From NCBI RefSeq assembly GCF_963506605.1, contig NC_083279.1:51956001-52020000 (forward strand): a DNA stretch of 64,000 nucleotides. Direction: 5' to 3'. The notes beneath the pieces were generated by a model. That model did no database searches and had not been told where the DNA came from. It saw only the letters and a program-made list of their open reading frames with translations. Position numbers and translations under genes: made by a program. Shown in pieces: positions 26,471 to 39,342 of the stretch (the first letter of the stretch is position 1; every line of letters begins with the position of its first letter). The DNA is from Zootoca vivipara (lineage: Eukaryota).

Positions 26471-27459
26471 CTAAGGGAATCTGTGGTCATGTCCCTTCCC
26501 AAGCTAATCAAACCTAAACCATCGTCCGGGACAGAAAGAAAGATAACTGTGCACTAAGAAGTTTGAACAGAGGAAGGAATCTTATCTGAAAAGCCAGTGA
26601 TAATTCAAACATACTGGAAGTCAGGAAACAGAACTTTTCAGAACATGCAATTATCCCCAAACACATTTGTCTTTCTGGGATGCATCTTGATGCCGAGTGC
26701 TGTAAGTCAACTGCTATTTCACAACTTATGCAGCAGTGAATGCTTACAGTATTTAAAACTGCCTAGTTCCTTGAATCCACGAATACATGCTTTCTGAGTT
26801 TATAATGTACAGTTTTATATTTACATGTAAACAATATTAAGTGTATGTGCAAAAAATGTAAAATATGGAATGGACCTCTGCTAAAACCATGCTCCTAACA
26901 GCTATTCTTTGTTATGTTTGTGAATGGCCTACAGCACTAAAATGAATTATAAAATCAAATGGCAGAAAAAGAATATGAGTGTGGGGCAAAACAAAACTTA
27001 AATGCCATCCCATACCTCTTGTGGAACAGTTTACATGGCTTCCCCAATGAATTCTAGCCTGGTAAGACTCCTGAGGAAATATCACCCTCATCAGATTACA
27101 ACTCCCAGAGTTCAAATATTCTATACCCCCACCTCCCTGCCACAATTAGGATTCCCTAGGGAGAGATAATTTGTGTTAAACAAGTTGATGGCTGCTATCC
27201 TATGCATCCTTACTGGGGAGTAATCCCACTGAACACAGTGGGACATACACCCGAGTAAAGATTAATTGAGTCACACAAAAATGCTGCAAGCCTATATGCA
27301 CTGACCTGGGAGTAATTCCTGAACACAGCAGGGCCAGCTTCTGAGCAGATATGTACAGGGTGGCAGTGAAAGTCTGTGATATGCCCTAATTTTCTCTGAT
27401 CTGCAACTTACAAAGCAAATCTAGATCACATCAAGAGCTTGAAAGATGGCTTCACTTAC

Positions 27460-27637
27460 CTTTCTCTGGTGCACAACCCTGGGTAGCTTTGTGATCATTC
27501 AGCAGAGCCTTTGTAGTCTGTATCTGTGTCAGAAGGCAGGTAGGAGGTTCTTTGAAGGTGGGGGAATTTTTCTCAGATTTCTTAAGAAGTGGGTGAAGAG
27601 GCTCTTCCTTCGTTTCTTGTTCCTTGACCTTTTTGTC
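27460..27637 (-). CDS. HUNK: HUNK coding exon 10
   Basis: 178 nt, ttgaag|GAC AAA AAG...GAG AAA G|gtaagt. Encodes DKKVKEQETKEEPLHPLLKKSEKNSPTFKEPPTCLLTQIQTTKALLNDHKATQGCAPEK, similar to HUNK DKKPKEQEK...TQIQ.TKALL. Confidence 0.92.
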
Positions 27638-28356
27638 CTTCAAATTTAAAAGCACATAAACAAAAATGGTTTGGTTTGTTGGAATCTGCTTTAGAAAGTT
27701 TCAAAAACAGGTGAAATAAAAACACTGCTTCTTAACAGCATTCCAAGTTTGAAAAGGCAGCATTAAGTTAATGGAAGCAAGTTCATCAGGCTGGAAAAGG
27801 CGCCCCAGCCCTGTTTTTGGGCCTATCAACCTTGTGTCCCCTTTGGATCCCTCTTCTTCCTGCCAGTAGTGCAGTTCCAGTAATTTGCCCCATGTGACTT
27901 TCTTATACAGTATCTTCTTTCTCCCAAAATGCAATTCATGTGTCTGTACAAGGAGCTTTCATATCATACCAGTACTAGAACTAGGATGGGAAAGTAGGAG
28001 CAGCTTTGGTTGGGTGGAGCAGAAGGAAAACATCCTGGGAGGTTGGTGGGACTTACACCACGTCAGGTCTTGGGCTGTACCACCCACCACCGACAGGGAT
28101 TAACACAAATTATTGGTGCATCAAGCTAATAATTGTAGCTGATTAGCCAAGAAGTGAAAACTATTTGACCCCCCCCCCGACTGCTATTGAAAATCGAAGG
28201 ATTCCAGAACACCAAGGTTGCAATCTGCTCTACCCCGACACCCAGATTTATAGAAGAGGATCCCCAGATTTCATATGCTCTGAGATGAAAATAAGGAGCA
28301 TTAATCAACAGCCTTGAAATCTAGCACTTGGCAGCAACTGGCATGTTATCACCTTA

Positions 28357-29578
28357 CTAGTGGAATTCAGCCCGTTTAAAAACGGGCGCTAGAACGCTGC
28401 TCTCGTGCAGCGCCGGCATGGGACGGGGGGTGGGAGAAGCATGGCATGGCATGGCTCCGCGCAGCGCTGATCAGCGCCGACCTGGCAGGCCGCCAGATCA
28501 AGGAAGCGGCCTGCCGGGTCAGCACCCAGCAGCGCTGCACAAAGCACCGGGGGACTGGTGGCGGGGAAGGCAGGCAGGCGCTTGCTCTCTTGCCTGCCTG
28601 CATTCCCCACCGCCTGTCACACGAAGATCGGTGGCCGCTGCTTGCCGGGGCTTGTCAACCCCAGCAAACAGCGCCCGCCTCAATTCGGCTCTGTCCCTCG
28701 ATGCGCTACGGCTCGGGGAAGCAGGCAGGGAGATGGCAACAGCCCGGGCTGTTGCCGTCTCCCTGCCTGCTTCCCCAAACCCAAGCGCGTGGGGGACTGA
28801 GCCGAATTGAGGCACGGGGGGGGGGGCTTTTCGCCATTTGCCTTCCCCCCAGGGGGAGGCAAACGACGAAAAACCCCGCCGCGCCGCACTTCGGCTCGGG
28901 GACTGGCTTGGCGGTGGGGGGAAGAAGGGGAGGAATTTCTCCCCTTCTTCCCGCCACCGCCAAGCCAGTCCGCAGCGGGGGCTTTTTGCCGTTTGCCTTC
29001 CCCCAGGGGGAGGCAAACGGCGAAAAACCCCGCCCCGCCGCAATTCGGCTCGGGGACTGGCTTGGCGGTGGGGGGAAGACTTCCCGCCACCGCCAAGCCA
29101 GTCCGCAGCGGGGGCTTTTCGCCGTTTTCCTTCCCCCCAGGGGGAGGCAAATGGCGAAAAGCCCCCGCCGCACCGCACTTCGGCTCCGGGAATGGCTTGG
29201 CGGTGGCGGGAAGAAGGGGAGGAATTTCTCCCCTTCTTCCCGCCGCCGCCAAGCCAAAGCCGCCTTCCCTTGGCGCCCGTTGCCGCTTCGGCTTCCTCCG
29301 TCCCATGCCGGCGGTGCGCGGCAAGGCTGCCGGGGGGAGCGCTTCTCTCCCCCGCCGCCTCACCGCGCACCTCCAGCATGAGACTGGGCTTTGCAGCGGG
29401 GGTTGGCGGAGCGGCGGTTGGCAGAGGGGTTGGGGGGAGAGAGAGAGCGCTCGTCCAATCCCTGTGTCCCTGGTTGTCTCTCCGTCCAATCCCTGTGTCT
29501 CTGGGGTACATGCGTAGTACCCCAGGGACACACGGGACAGCTTGGACGCAGGGACAACTTGGACTTTATTATATAGGA
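28357..29578 (-). mobile_element. Non-autonomous Helitron, intact termini
   Basis: Minus strand starts A|TCCTATATAATAA and ends CTAG|T (A/T target, no TSD). Subterminal hairpin gcccgttt-aa-aaacgggc at 28370-28387, about 10 nt from CTAG. GC-rich internal repeats. Confidence 0.9.
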
Positions 29579-30008
29579 TGTGAACCTGCTGTGTCTAGCT
29601 CTGATTGCACAGGGTGGGATGCTAACTAAAGTTCAGCAAGCTGTCGGACTGGAGGCTATGACAGCATTACAACAAATTACCTAGGATTAATAACAGTTGG
29701 TATAGTATTTAATGTAGCACTTTCAATGTAAAGCATGCTTTATAATTTTTATCCAATCCATCCTCATTACAAGTATTGGATATTGGTCACTATGATTCCC
29801 ATCACTCAGATGGTGACACAGAGATGTCTCACCAAAACCACTTGCACTTTGGATTGCGGTATCTAGTGGACAGAACCTTCCTTGGCATTTGTTTTTCCCA
29901 TTATTAAAATGATGCAGATGAATTTTCTGCAAAGTGCAGGAGGACCCTAGGAGATGTCTGGCCGCATCTCCATAGTAACACTCTGATGCACTTTCATGTA
30001 TCTCTTAC

Positions 30009-30055
30009 GTTCAGAATAGCTCTTTGCAAGTGGATGTCTGTAGCTGCAAGCTCGG
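30009..30055 (-). other. Candidate B for HUNK exon 9, or a frame-breaking cassette exon
   Basis: Good splice signals (ccttttcag|CCGAG...TGAAC|gtaaga) but 47 nt long. Phase-0 reading hits TGA. One extra G at the start would give an open 16-codon exon, AELAATDIHLQRAILN. Confidence 0.3.
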
Positions 30056-30364
30056 CTGAAAAGGATGCTTTGTCTGACTGTAGTAGCTGAACAACACTGA
30101 GATGTGTGTCTCATTCCCATGCCTGTATCAAATGAAATTATCGCGGGGCCCTTAAGACATGCTACCAACAATTGCTGGTTTCAGCTACACACATGTGCTG
30201 ATGATAAAGTTTTGCAATAAGCCAGAACATGAGACACAATGGAGATTGACCCCCCCCGGCATAATTATTAAATCTTTATATGATTAAATATCTTAGGAGT
30301 CACACACTTTCTATTAGTTTTTGATTGTATCCATTTGGGCTGGGGTGTATGTGCATGTGCACAC

Positions 30365-30366
<2 letters not shown>

Positions 30367-30395
<29 letters not shown>

Positions 30396-30420
30396 TGTAT
30401 GTATGTATGTATGTATGTAT
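30367..30420. repeat. (ATGT)n microsatellite
   Basis: About 13 tetranucleotide units. Confidence 0.97.
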
Positions 30421-31144
30421 CTCTGTATGTATCTGTTGCGTCTATATGTAGATGTACATATATGTCTACATACAAAAACACACACATACACGCCAGCAAA
30501 TGATTCTGAAAAAATGTGAAGCAAGAATATTTACTTGCCCAATTAATTTAATAAAAACACATCAGAATTAATACCATGGTTTTAACAGCAATCTTTGAAA
30601 AGTATTCCTTTTTTTTGCAAGTGCTGCAAGTTAAATTACAGCTATGAATGTTCACATCAGTCGAGTTACAGAAGCAGAAGGATGAGCTAACTAAATTGCT
30701 CTCCTTCAAGAACAGAGAAAGTGGCTGCATTTCTGGACTGTTGCCAGAGAGAAGCTATGTCCTAACCTGGTTGCTAAACAACACTGGCAGAATATCTATC
30801 TTGTTTTTCAATGAGTTATGATGGCTCATTGTTTTTAAGGTCTTTTTATTGTATTACTTCTATGAAACAATGAAGGAGCAATTTCCAAACGACGCAAAAA
30901 TGAAAGGGCGGCTAATAATTAGATTCATGAATTAAAATTTTCTGGTGCCCTGCTATATTGTCCAAATATTTAGTATTCAAAATAACCTGTTGCCTGATAT
31001 AGACTCCATCCCCTGGGATGTGTGCACCACCAACTCTGTGTATGCTTACATCAGCTTTGCATCTCCGTACATTTGCCCCATATGATCAGCACACTCTCTC
31101 TGAGCTGGAGCCAAAGAGCTGCATTATGGCTCTTGTGATAAATA

Positions 31145-31512
31145 AAAAGGTAAATGTAAAGGTACCCCTGACCATTAGGTCCAGTCGCTGACAACTCTGG
31201 GGTTGCGTGCGCATCTCAATCTATAGGCTGAGGGAGCCGGCTTTGTCCGCAGACAATTTTTCCGGGTCATGTGGCCAGCATGACTAAGCCACTTCTGGCG
31301 AAACCAGAGCAGCGCACGGAAATGCCATTTATCTTCCCGCCAGAGCCGTACCTATTTATCTACTTACACTTTGATGGGCTTTTGAACTGCTAGTTCGACA
31401 GGAGCAGGGACTGAGCAACGGGAGCTAACCCCATCGCAGGGATTTGAACCACCAACCTTCTGATTGGCAAGCCCTAGGCTCTGTGGTTTAGACCATAATG
31501 CCACCCACGTCC
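31145..31512 (-). mobile_element. Sauria SINE, full length
   Basis: 15-bp TSD ctcttgtgataaata at 31130-31144 and 31513-31527. Confidence 0.94.
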
Positions 31513-31947
31513 CTCTTGTGATAAATACATGGCATCAAATACAATGGTTCCACTTAGGTAAGTAGGCGGCAATTAGGGAACATGGCATTACAGCAAATGT
31601 TGGGCAGTGTGTTCTCTGTCATAGAATTATTCCTTATACAGAATCTGTTTTGGGAATTGCTGAAACTGCTCTAAATGAAAATAACAAGCTGTGGTGCAGC
31701 ATTAGCAATAGCTTAAAAGTTGTTGCTTTTTTAAAAAGAAGATACCAACAGCATCTATTGTCGACTTGTATTGATTTTGTTTCTAAAAATGGGAATAGTA
31801 TTGTTTCCCTTTATTTATTTATTGAATTTATATCCCACTCTTCCTCCTCAAGGATATATTCAGCATTTGCCAAACTGGATTACCCCATGTTGCCTTGGCA
31901 TGTTTTTGCAGTGAGTCATATGGTAAGCTTCTCTTGCACAGCCATAC

Positions 31948-32001
31948 TTCACAAGACCTCTGGGCATGGCTTTCTGTTTGTACTCTTTGTTGAACCAAAA
32001 C
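31948..32001 (-). CDS. HUNK: Candidate A for small HUNK exon 9 (unresolved)
   Basis: 54 nt, phase 0-0, caag|GTT TTG...TGT GAA|gtatgg. Encodes VLVQQRVQTESHAQRSCE. Would need a 73-nt intron with a weak pyrimidine tract. Only weak ExHA similarity to the mammalian exon. Confidence 0.3.
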
Positions 32002-32074
32002 CTTGTAATTTGAAATAACAGTCAATGGAAATGCCAAATATTGCCTGGTCCCAAATAATTGTAACCTGGTTTAC

Positions 32075-32155
32075 CTCGTAGGTGTCCTTGTTTGACTTGT
32101 ATTTTTCTATCCGACACCAATGGTTCATGTACACATTATCGGGAGCTTCTGTCTT
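32075..32155 (-). CDS. HUNK: HUNK coding exon 8
   Basis: 81 nt, phase 0-0, ttccag|AAG ACA GAA...TAC GAG|gtaaac. Encodes KTEAPDNVYMNHWCRIEKYKSNKDTYE, resembling the mammalian ...IEKYR..KESYE segment. Confidence 0.85.
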
Positions 32156-35100
32156 CTGGAAGGATAAATAATAACCGTGAGATATTTGTGGGGAGAATTA
32201 GAGCACAATTAGTTCAAATACTTGTTAAACAGAACTGCAATCACTACTTCCACTCTAAATATTGGGGAAGCCAGACTGGGATCTACTGGTGGATAGGTAG
32301 GTGATTTGCATAGTTTGGCAAGTTTTGGTTTTGACTCCCATTTGTCTTAAGAGCATCAACATCTAAAAGGCTTCCTCCCTATTCTAAATTAAGCTGCTGA
32401 AATAAAGAATGATTGATTAAAAAGCCAAGAGTGGAGTTTTGACCTGGGCTAAGCATGTGGTTAGTACTACTTTGCCTTCTGAAAATATGCCCTTTCCCAG
32501 AGTCACTATTCTCCACCTGGTTCCTCCTCTTCAGGCCATTAGTGGGGGGAAATCAAGTAGATCCCACAAACCTGAAGTCTTCCCTCCTCAGTTATTATTT
32601 GACAGTACAGTATAGTCTAACAAAATTACAATCTCATAATTGTCTAGTAACAGGTTAAGTCCAAATAACCATGGCAGGTAAACAGGTATAGGACTGTAGC
32701 CTCAATCTCACAATTATTTTACTTCAGAAATTGCTGTAAATAAATAGCCAGCTACACATCTTCTTAACATGCTTCCCTCCCAAATATAATCATAACCAGG
32801 GATGCATTTAACAATTCTTGTGACTCACAAAAATAATCACCTTCAGGTAAAATGGAAACCGGGTAAACAAGCACTAAACATGGGAATTAAATTATTTAAA
32901 AAATAAAACCAGTTTCCTTGATGCTTAAACTGGAAAGCCTCTAGGGCGCCCAAATTCTCGTTTAAACAAGAAACGGCCAAAGGGCAGAGGGCTTACAAAC
33001 AACTTCCTCATTAATTGCACCCCTACCTACTTTAACAGAAAAAGAGTCAGCTATCATGTAGCTCAAAAGGACAGGCGAACAATTCATTCCTGATAATCTT
33101 TTATATAGCTCTGAGGTAGCACTGCTGGGAGTTTGGACTTTTCAAAGAAGACAGAGATAACAGAGGAAAGTGCTCTTCATTATTGATGGAACCTTCCTCG
33201 TATGGAAGAGGATAAAGACTGGGTCCTCTCAAAGTGTGTCGCAGGTGACAGCTACAATCCATTTCTTTAATTCTTCAGATTGAGGTGACAGTAACTGAGT
33301 TATTGTGCTGGTGTTCACTGTCTGATAGAAATTTATTATGGGCACAGAAGGCTGGCGAGCGCTTTTTTTTTTACAGGCTCACAAAGCAACCAGGTATCCC
33401 AGCGAGTTATTAAGATTATAGCTATTTCACTTTGAGCACTATAACCAGCTTCTGGTACACCAAATTGGTTTTACAAACTAGATCTGATACTTTGGGTGTG
33501 ATGGCAATGCAGAAGAAAAAACATTTTTTAAACTGAGATGTTCTGAAGAGTAAATGTAAAAAGGAATGAATCTTGCAAAAATAAAATCAATACCACACCA
33601 CACCCACCCACCCATATGCAACTCTTGCCTATAAGACGACAACGTGTGAACAGTAATTCTAACAAAGAGCCCAGGTAGTGCAGGACAATGGACTCAACAA
33701 TACATCTGCAGCCCTGCTGGAAGGGTGGAGTGTTGGGTTGTTGTTGTTTACTGTTGTTGTACCAGCACCATGTTGGCGCAGATGAGGGGCTCGAGGATGG
33801 GGACCACTCGTGGATCCTTAAGGCTTTGGATCTAGTTTCGGAATTTTCTACCTGGCTAGTAGCCTTCCTCTCAGGCCAAAAGAAACACAAGGACTCACCA
33901 TCCTGATTCCCCCCCCCCAAAAAAACTTTTGGGGTTAGGATTCCGTCCTCAGTAGGTTAAACGGCTATATCAATAAAAAAATCTGACCAAAAAGTTGCTT
34001 CCAAATAATTGTCTTACATATTTATTTATTTTTAAAAATGTTAAATTTGTTAGTACAGGTACGGCAAAACCTGTGAGTGGCAGGTACAATTTTGAAAAGG
34101 TATTCCCCCCCCCTTTTGCGCTTAAATTCAAACTTCTATCAGTTTTTTAAACTGATTGATCAACTAATACTCTTATGATGAATTAAGGTTTTTGTTTCCA
34201 ACATAGGGGACTGCCCCCAAATGACAGTTATTGCTACCTCTAAGAGTAAACTCAGGGCTGAGTGGCAAAATGACGTGGCCACCGAGAAACAAGTGGGAGG
34301 TTATCAGAAGGCTCCGTGAAACCCTGACATTTGCATAAATACAAATTACAACTGTTTTAAAAATCTTCTCCCTTTTAACCACTCCCACTTCCCCCAGGAG
34401 TGTTGAGAATAGAAAAATGGGAGTGGAGGGGGGGATGCCTTGTTTTAGGCCTTTATAGCTTATAATCTCTTGGAGGACATGGCTACCTGATTGACAGCAA
34501 GGGCATCATTGCCACTTACCTGGATGTTGCAGGAGCAGCAAGTGAAGTCAAGGCAGTGTGGGCAAACTGGCAAGAGTGCCAGGACTGGCTTTGTCAGTGA
34601 GCCTGAGCTGACTGACCTTGCTGCTGCTCTGCCCTGGCCAATGGCAATGCTACTGCTGCTGCTGCCGAGAGACTGGCTCTTCCTCCTCACCTCTTACACT
34701 GGAGCAAGCTATTGCAATTTACCTAACTTAGTAAAACGGTCCCTATATAAGGGGGGGAAATCATACTTTTGTTGTATATGCATTGTTAAAGCAACAGTCA
34801 GTGGCGGATCATAAAATCTCTGTCCCACCACCATGAAACTTCCCCCTGGTGTCCATGGGAATTCTATGCAGGAAGTGAATGCAAAGAATGGAACAGATAT
34901 ATGTCCTGAAGGAAAACAAGTAATCAAGATTTATTGCATGAGGTCATAGGCGAGAACTGTTTTGTTTAAGTGGCTTGTGCTGTGAGCTAAAAGGGCACAC
35001 GAAGGTCAAGAAATGCTCTACAGTACAGGCTTTTACTTTCCAGTGCCACTTTAAAAAATAACAAATAAACTGAAAATCACTAGGTTGCTTTGACTTGCTC

Positions 35101-35808
35101 CCAACTCACAGAGCACATCATTTTACTCCTTTCTCTTACTTCCTGCATTTTAAGGACAGTTTTAGAATAGAGCTACGCCTTTGCTATCAAAATAAAGACA
35201 CTATAATGCTACGAGAACCTGCTTGGAGTGAGCTCTTTCTCCGAGGTTATAAAATTAAATTATTTTCTGTTGCAAAATTAATGCAAAGTGTGTTGTTTCC
35301 TTAAAGAAAAATATAAACACGATTCCTCCTAACTTTTAATACATCATTAAATAGTTAATCATGCAGATCATTTTCTTCTGATTGAATTAACTTCCTTGCA
35401 AATGTCCATATGATGAACTATCATCAGTCAAGTACCTATCTTTCAGTTTCACTAAAAATGAGGACTGCAACCTGTTATCATTGCTCCTGCGCAAGTGCAC
35501 TGGCCAGCCATGCCTTCATTCTGGATACCCCATTCTATACATTCCTCCTGAAGTTGTCTGGTCCTCCCTGCACCCCACAACAGACACTCAGTATTATGTG
35601 GCCATTGGGCTTTTATTTCCTTTCTTTTTTTGCGGGAGGGATCCCCTTAAGTTTTTTAAAATCTACTTTTTGCAAATCTTGAGGTACCCCAGAATGAGCT
35701 GGTAAGCTCCCTCTTGTTTTTCAGGAGCCCCATTTTGACTACACTGCCTTCAGAATTCAGCACCCGAGTTCAAGCTATTACTTGACTTGGGGAATGGTCA
35801 TTTAAGCC

Positions 35809-35809
35809 A

Positions 35810-35852
<43 letters not shown>

Positions 35853-35979
35853 TATACTGCTCTATACCCGGGGGTCTCAGGGTGGTTCACAGAATAAAAT
35901 CAAGACATAAAACCATAAAATACCTAATAAAAATAAAAACAACAGCCCAATAGCCCCTCAACACACACACAATAAAACA
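35809..35979 (-). mobile_element. Short L2-type 3'-end retroposon with (TAA)n tail
   Basis: Minus strand tgtgaaccaccctgagacccccgggtatagagcagtataaataataat..., flanked by catttaa on both sides. Confidence 0.65.
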
Positions 35980-35992
35980 CATTTAAACTTAC

Positions 35993-36161
35993 TCTAAGGC
36001 CTGCCAAATAGCGTTCCAACTTCTTATTAAGCAGGATGTAGATGGCCAGAGTGTGGCAAGCCCGGTTGGAGAGGACGGTATTGATCACATCACTGTTCTT
36101 ATAGCCAAGCTTTTCGGTCATGTACAGCAACACACTCTGGCTGATGTCTTCTATGTGGATT
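35993..36161 (-). CDS. HUNK: HUNK coding exon 7 (SNF1-homology/UBA-like region)
   Basis: 169 nt, tgtag|A ATC CAC...CTT AGA|gtaagt. Encodes IHIEDISQSVLLYMTEKLGYKNSDVINTVLSNRACHTLAIYILLNKKLERYLAGLR. Confidence 0.95.
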
Positions 36162-38717
36162 CTACATGAAGAGTAAAGGGAGGGCGTTATTTCTTCCAGG
36201 GAGAGCGTCACCAGGGAGAGGTGGCAACAGACATGCTATATAAACCACCATGTAATAAGAACTATTGTATATATGTACTGTTTTAACCAAACTGATAACA
36301 AAGTTGTTGAGACAGAATACTTTTTGTTACTTTTAAATTCTGCATGCACTTTGTTAAAATAATGTGCATATAAAATAGCGTTGGAAATATATATAAAAAA
36401 TGTAGCCTGCAACACAAATAATAAATAAATCTTATATGTAACTACGGTTTTTTGAGGGAAAATGTTTCTGTAGCTTGCATCTTCCCCTCATATTTTTCTG
36501 CTGTGCCTTCTCATTGCTTCAGAATACCCGCAAGACCAATAAAGGTGCTAAACAGGAAGCATAAATACTATATATAATGTTTAGTGCCCTAGAAGTAGCA
36601 CATCATGAATGACAGCCTCCCTGGGAACCTATCTTTGATTTGTTATCACTTTGGGCCAAATTCAAAGTGATGTTAAATGTGCCTTTGCATTTTAACACAC
36701 ATGTGGATGTTTGTTTGTTTTGTTTAAATGCAAATAGCACCCACTGTGGAAGCTGGTAATTATAAGGATCAAAGCAGATGGGAGTGGGGTTTAATCCTTT
36801 CCTTCCCCTGCTCCAGCCCTGATGAAGATGGCTTCTCCAAAGTGGACATTTGCAAAGAGAGGAAACTTCCCATTGGCACCACAGTGGTTTACATGGAACT
36901 ATAAAAGGCAATTAGACCAATTCATGAAATATCAGTAATTGCTAAATGGAACACCCTTGTACAAAGGCAGAGGACCTCTGGATACCAGTTGCTGAAGGTC
37001 AAACATAATTGTTTGGGGATACCTAGAAGCGTTTGGATGGCTGCTGTTGGAGACAAGACAATGGACAGGAGGGAACTTCAGGCTGCAATCCTAAATACAC
37101 TTGCCTGGGAGTAAGCCCTACTGAATTCAGAGGTGCTTATTTTTCAGTAGACATGGACTGGATTGTGCTGTTAAAATGATCAACAGGGCCCTTAGATTAT
37201 AGTGCCGGCAATTCAACATACAAACAAACAAACATACATACATACATACACACACACACACCCTGGCCAAGGACTGCTTGAAAAAAATATAATTTTCTTA
37301 TATGGAAAACATATAACACATTGGAAAATGCTTGAAAACCAAGCTGGGCCAACACATTTGAATGGTACGTATTCTGACTGCATCCATGTTTATGCAATGA
37401 AATAGATTTATGTGTGATCATCATGTGTGATGATCTATACACTATTCACTTTTTCTTCCTGTCTGCAAGAATGAATGAATCCATTTATTTCAGACCAGAG
37501 TGTAACATATACAACAGAGAACATACAAACAGAAATAAATAATAAAATTAAGCTCTCTGATAATAGATAATAGATAACTCAGATATAAAACAGGTAAAAT
37601 ATATAAGTTTAAACCTTAATCGCTAATTTAAAACATATTAAGACATTGGCCATTTGATCCACTCAAAGCTTGTCTCCTTAATTTTATAGCAGCAGCACAG
37701 AATTTAGCCACTTTTAAGGTAATCTCTGGTTCTCTGTCCTCTATTAAGTATTTTAAGTCATTCCTATCTGCAAGTGATATACTGTGTAGAAAATTCATAA
37801 CATCTAAAGTTCCCCAGAGAACAGGCAGTGGAACAACAATGTTTCAACAATGATTTATTTCATCCTCTGACACACCTACTAAAGCAGTCACTTCTCTCTT
37901 GCAGTTTGCACCCTTTGCAAACTTTTGTTGGTTAGAAGCAGCCAACCCATGAATTTCTTGGGTGGCCACAATAAGGCTTATATCCATCACATAAAAATCT
38001 GCAGTAGATGCTTAGAAAGGTACCAGCTTTCTCTGCTGTATTAATATCCATCCATGTCTTACATAACCCTCATTACCATAGTAACTAGCTCCTCACAATG
38101 ATTAAAGGTTTTTATCCTCACAAACCCCCCTTTTAGGTTGGGAAATATAATCCTCCGCACTACAGGGCTGGGACAAAGGCACTGGGGAAGCAATGCGACT
38201 TTGCACAAGGTCTCACCAGAGATCTGGGGCTGATCCAGGAATTGGTCCTAGCAACCCTAAAACCATTGCAGAATACTAATCTTGCTCCCTGCAGCTGAGG
38301 AAATATCAGAGACTGAGAAGAATCAAAAGTGAGAGCAGGCATAGTAAAGCAAATAAGGGGTGAGAACTGAAAGCCAGACAGCAGCAGGCAGTGGAGTGGT
38401 GCAGGCAGGGCAATGTTGCTCACCTGCCTTCCCATCACTGCTGGTTCCTGAGAGCAAAAGGAGAGGAAGGGAGCCTGGCATGTCAGGGCCAGTCTGATGC
38501 AGCTGCAAACACACCTACAGTGCGCTGAGCTCCCCATGCACCACTTGTTTCAGGAACCAGCAGTGATGCTCATGTTGAGAAGGCAGGTGAGCAACATACC
38601 CCTGTCTGTGCTGCCCTGCCAAACACTACTGGAGCCAGAGAGTCCTCAATCCAAATCTCCCAGCAGCTGCAGACAGACCACAATGATGCAAAATAACACA
38701 TGCTCAGCCTTTCACTT

Positions 38718-38830
38718 AGAATAATAGAATCTGAGCATTGGAAGGGACCCAAGGGTCATCTAATCCAACCCCCTGCAATGCAGGAATCTCAGCCAAAGCA
38801 TCTGTGACAGATGGTTTACCCACTTAACCA
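38718..38830 (-). mobile_element. CR1-type 3' end fragment
   Basis: atagaatc...ttggaagggacccaagggtcatctaatccaaccccctgcaatgcaggaat is a CR1 tail in reverse orientation. Confidence 0.7.
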
Positions 38831-39208
38831 ATATATAGCCCACTCTCTTGATTTCTTTTTCCTGCAAATGTTTTATGTTGCTGTCCCTCATCCAGATGGA
38901 AGATACTCTTGTACCAAAGTGTTTTTGTTTTGGGAGGGTGGTAATGGTAGAACGTTCTTGGTCATGACTGGTGCTCTGGGAACTACAGTTCTTAGGGAGA
39001 AATAAAACTCACGTGCTTGGCATCATCACAGTAAATGTACCAACATTTCAAAACAGGAGAGATCTCTTGGACAATAGAGACAAGCTTTTCTCGAGAATTC
39101 TCCAAGCTCATAAATGCCAACTAATTCAGAAGTGAGCCAAGGGGAATTCACCCATCATTAGGGCTTATGCTGAATTTTGCAGGATCAGAGTGTGAGAGAT
39201 AACATTTG

Positions 39209-39210
<2 letters not shown>

Positions 39211-39239
<29 letters not shown>
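39211..39239. repeat. (CA)n microsatellite
   Basis: About 14 CA units. Confidence 0.95.
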
Positions 39240-39241
<2 letters not shown>

Positions 39242-39342
39242 CCTCTGGCTCACTCCAGCAGCCCTTCCTCATTCAAGCAACCCTAATGACTTCAGTGGAA
39301 CTTTATCATGTTGGTAAAAAAGCCTTATCTTGCACAGTTTAC

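Noticed and set aside
27730-27790. ASINLMLPFQTWNAVK as exon 9 (superficial similarity to the mammalian peptide)
   Set aside because: No AG or GT at the matching boundaries.
28376-29629. Overlapping long ORFs (up to 330 aa) on both strands
   Set aside because: Low-complexity translations of the GC-rich Helitron repeats; no RepHel or other recognisable domain.
30656-30703. 48-nt phase-0 candidate exon ESNLVSSSFCFCNSTD
   Set aside because: Plausible length and acceptor, but a weak donor and no peptide similarity to HUNK; not excluded without RNA data.
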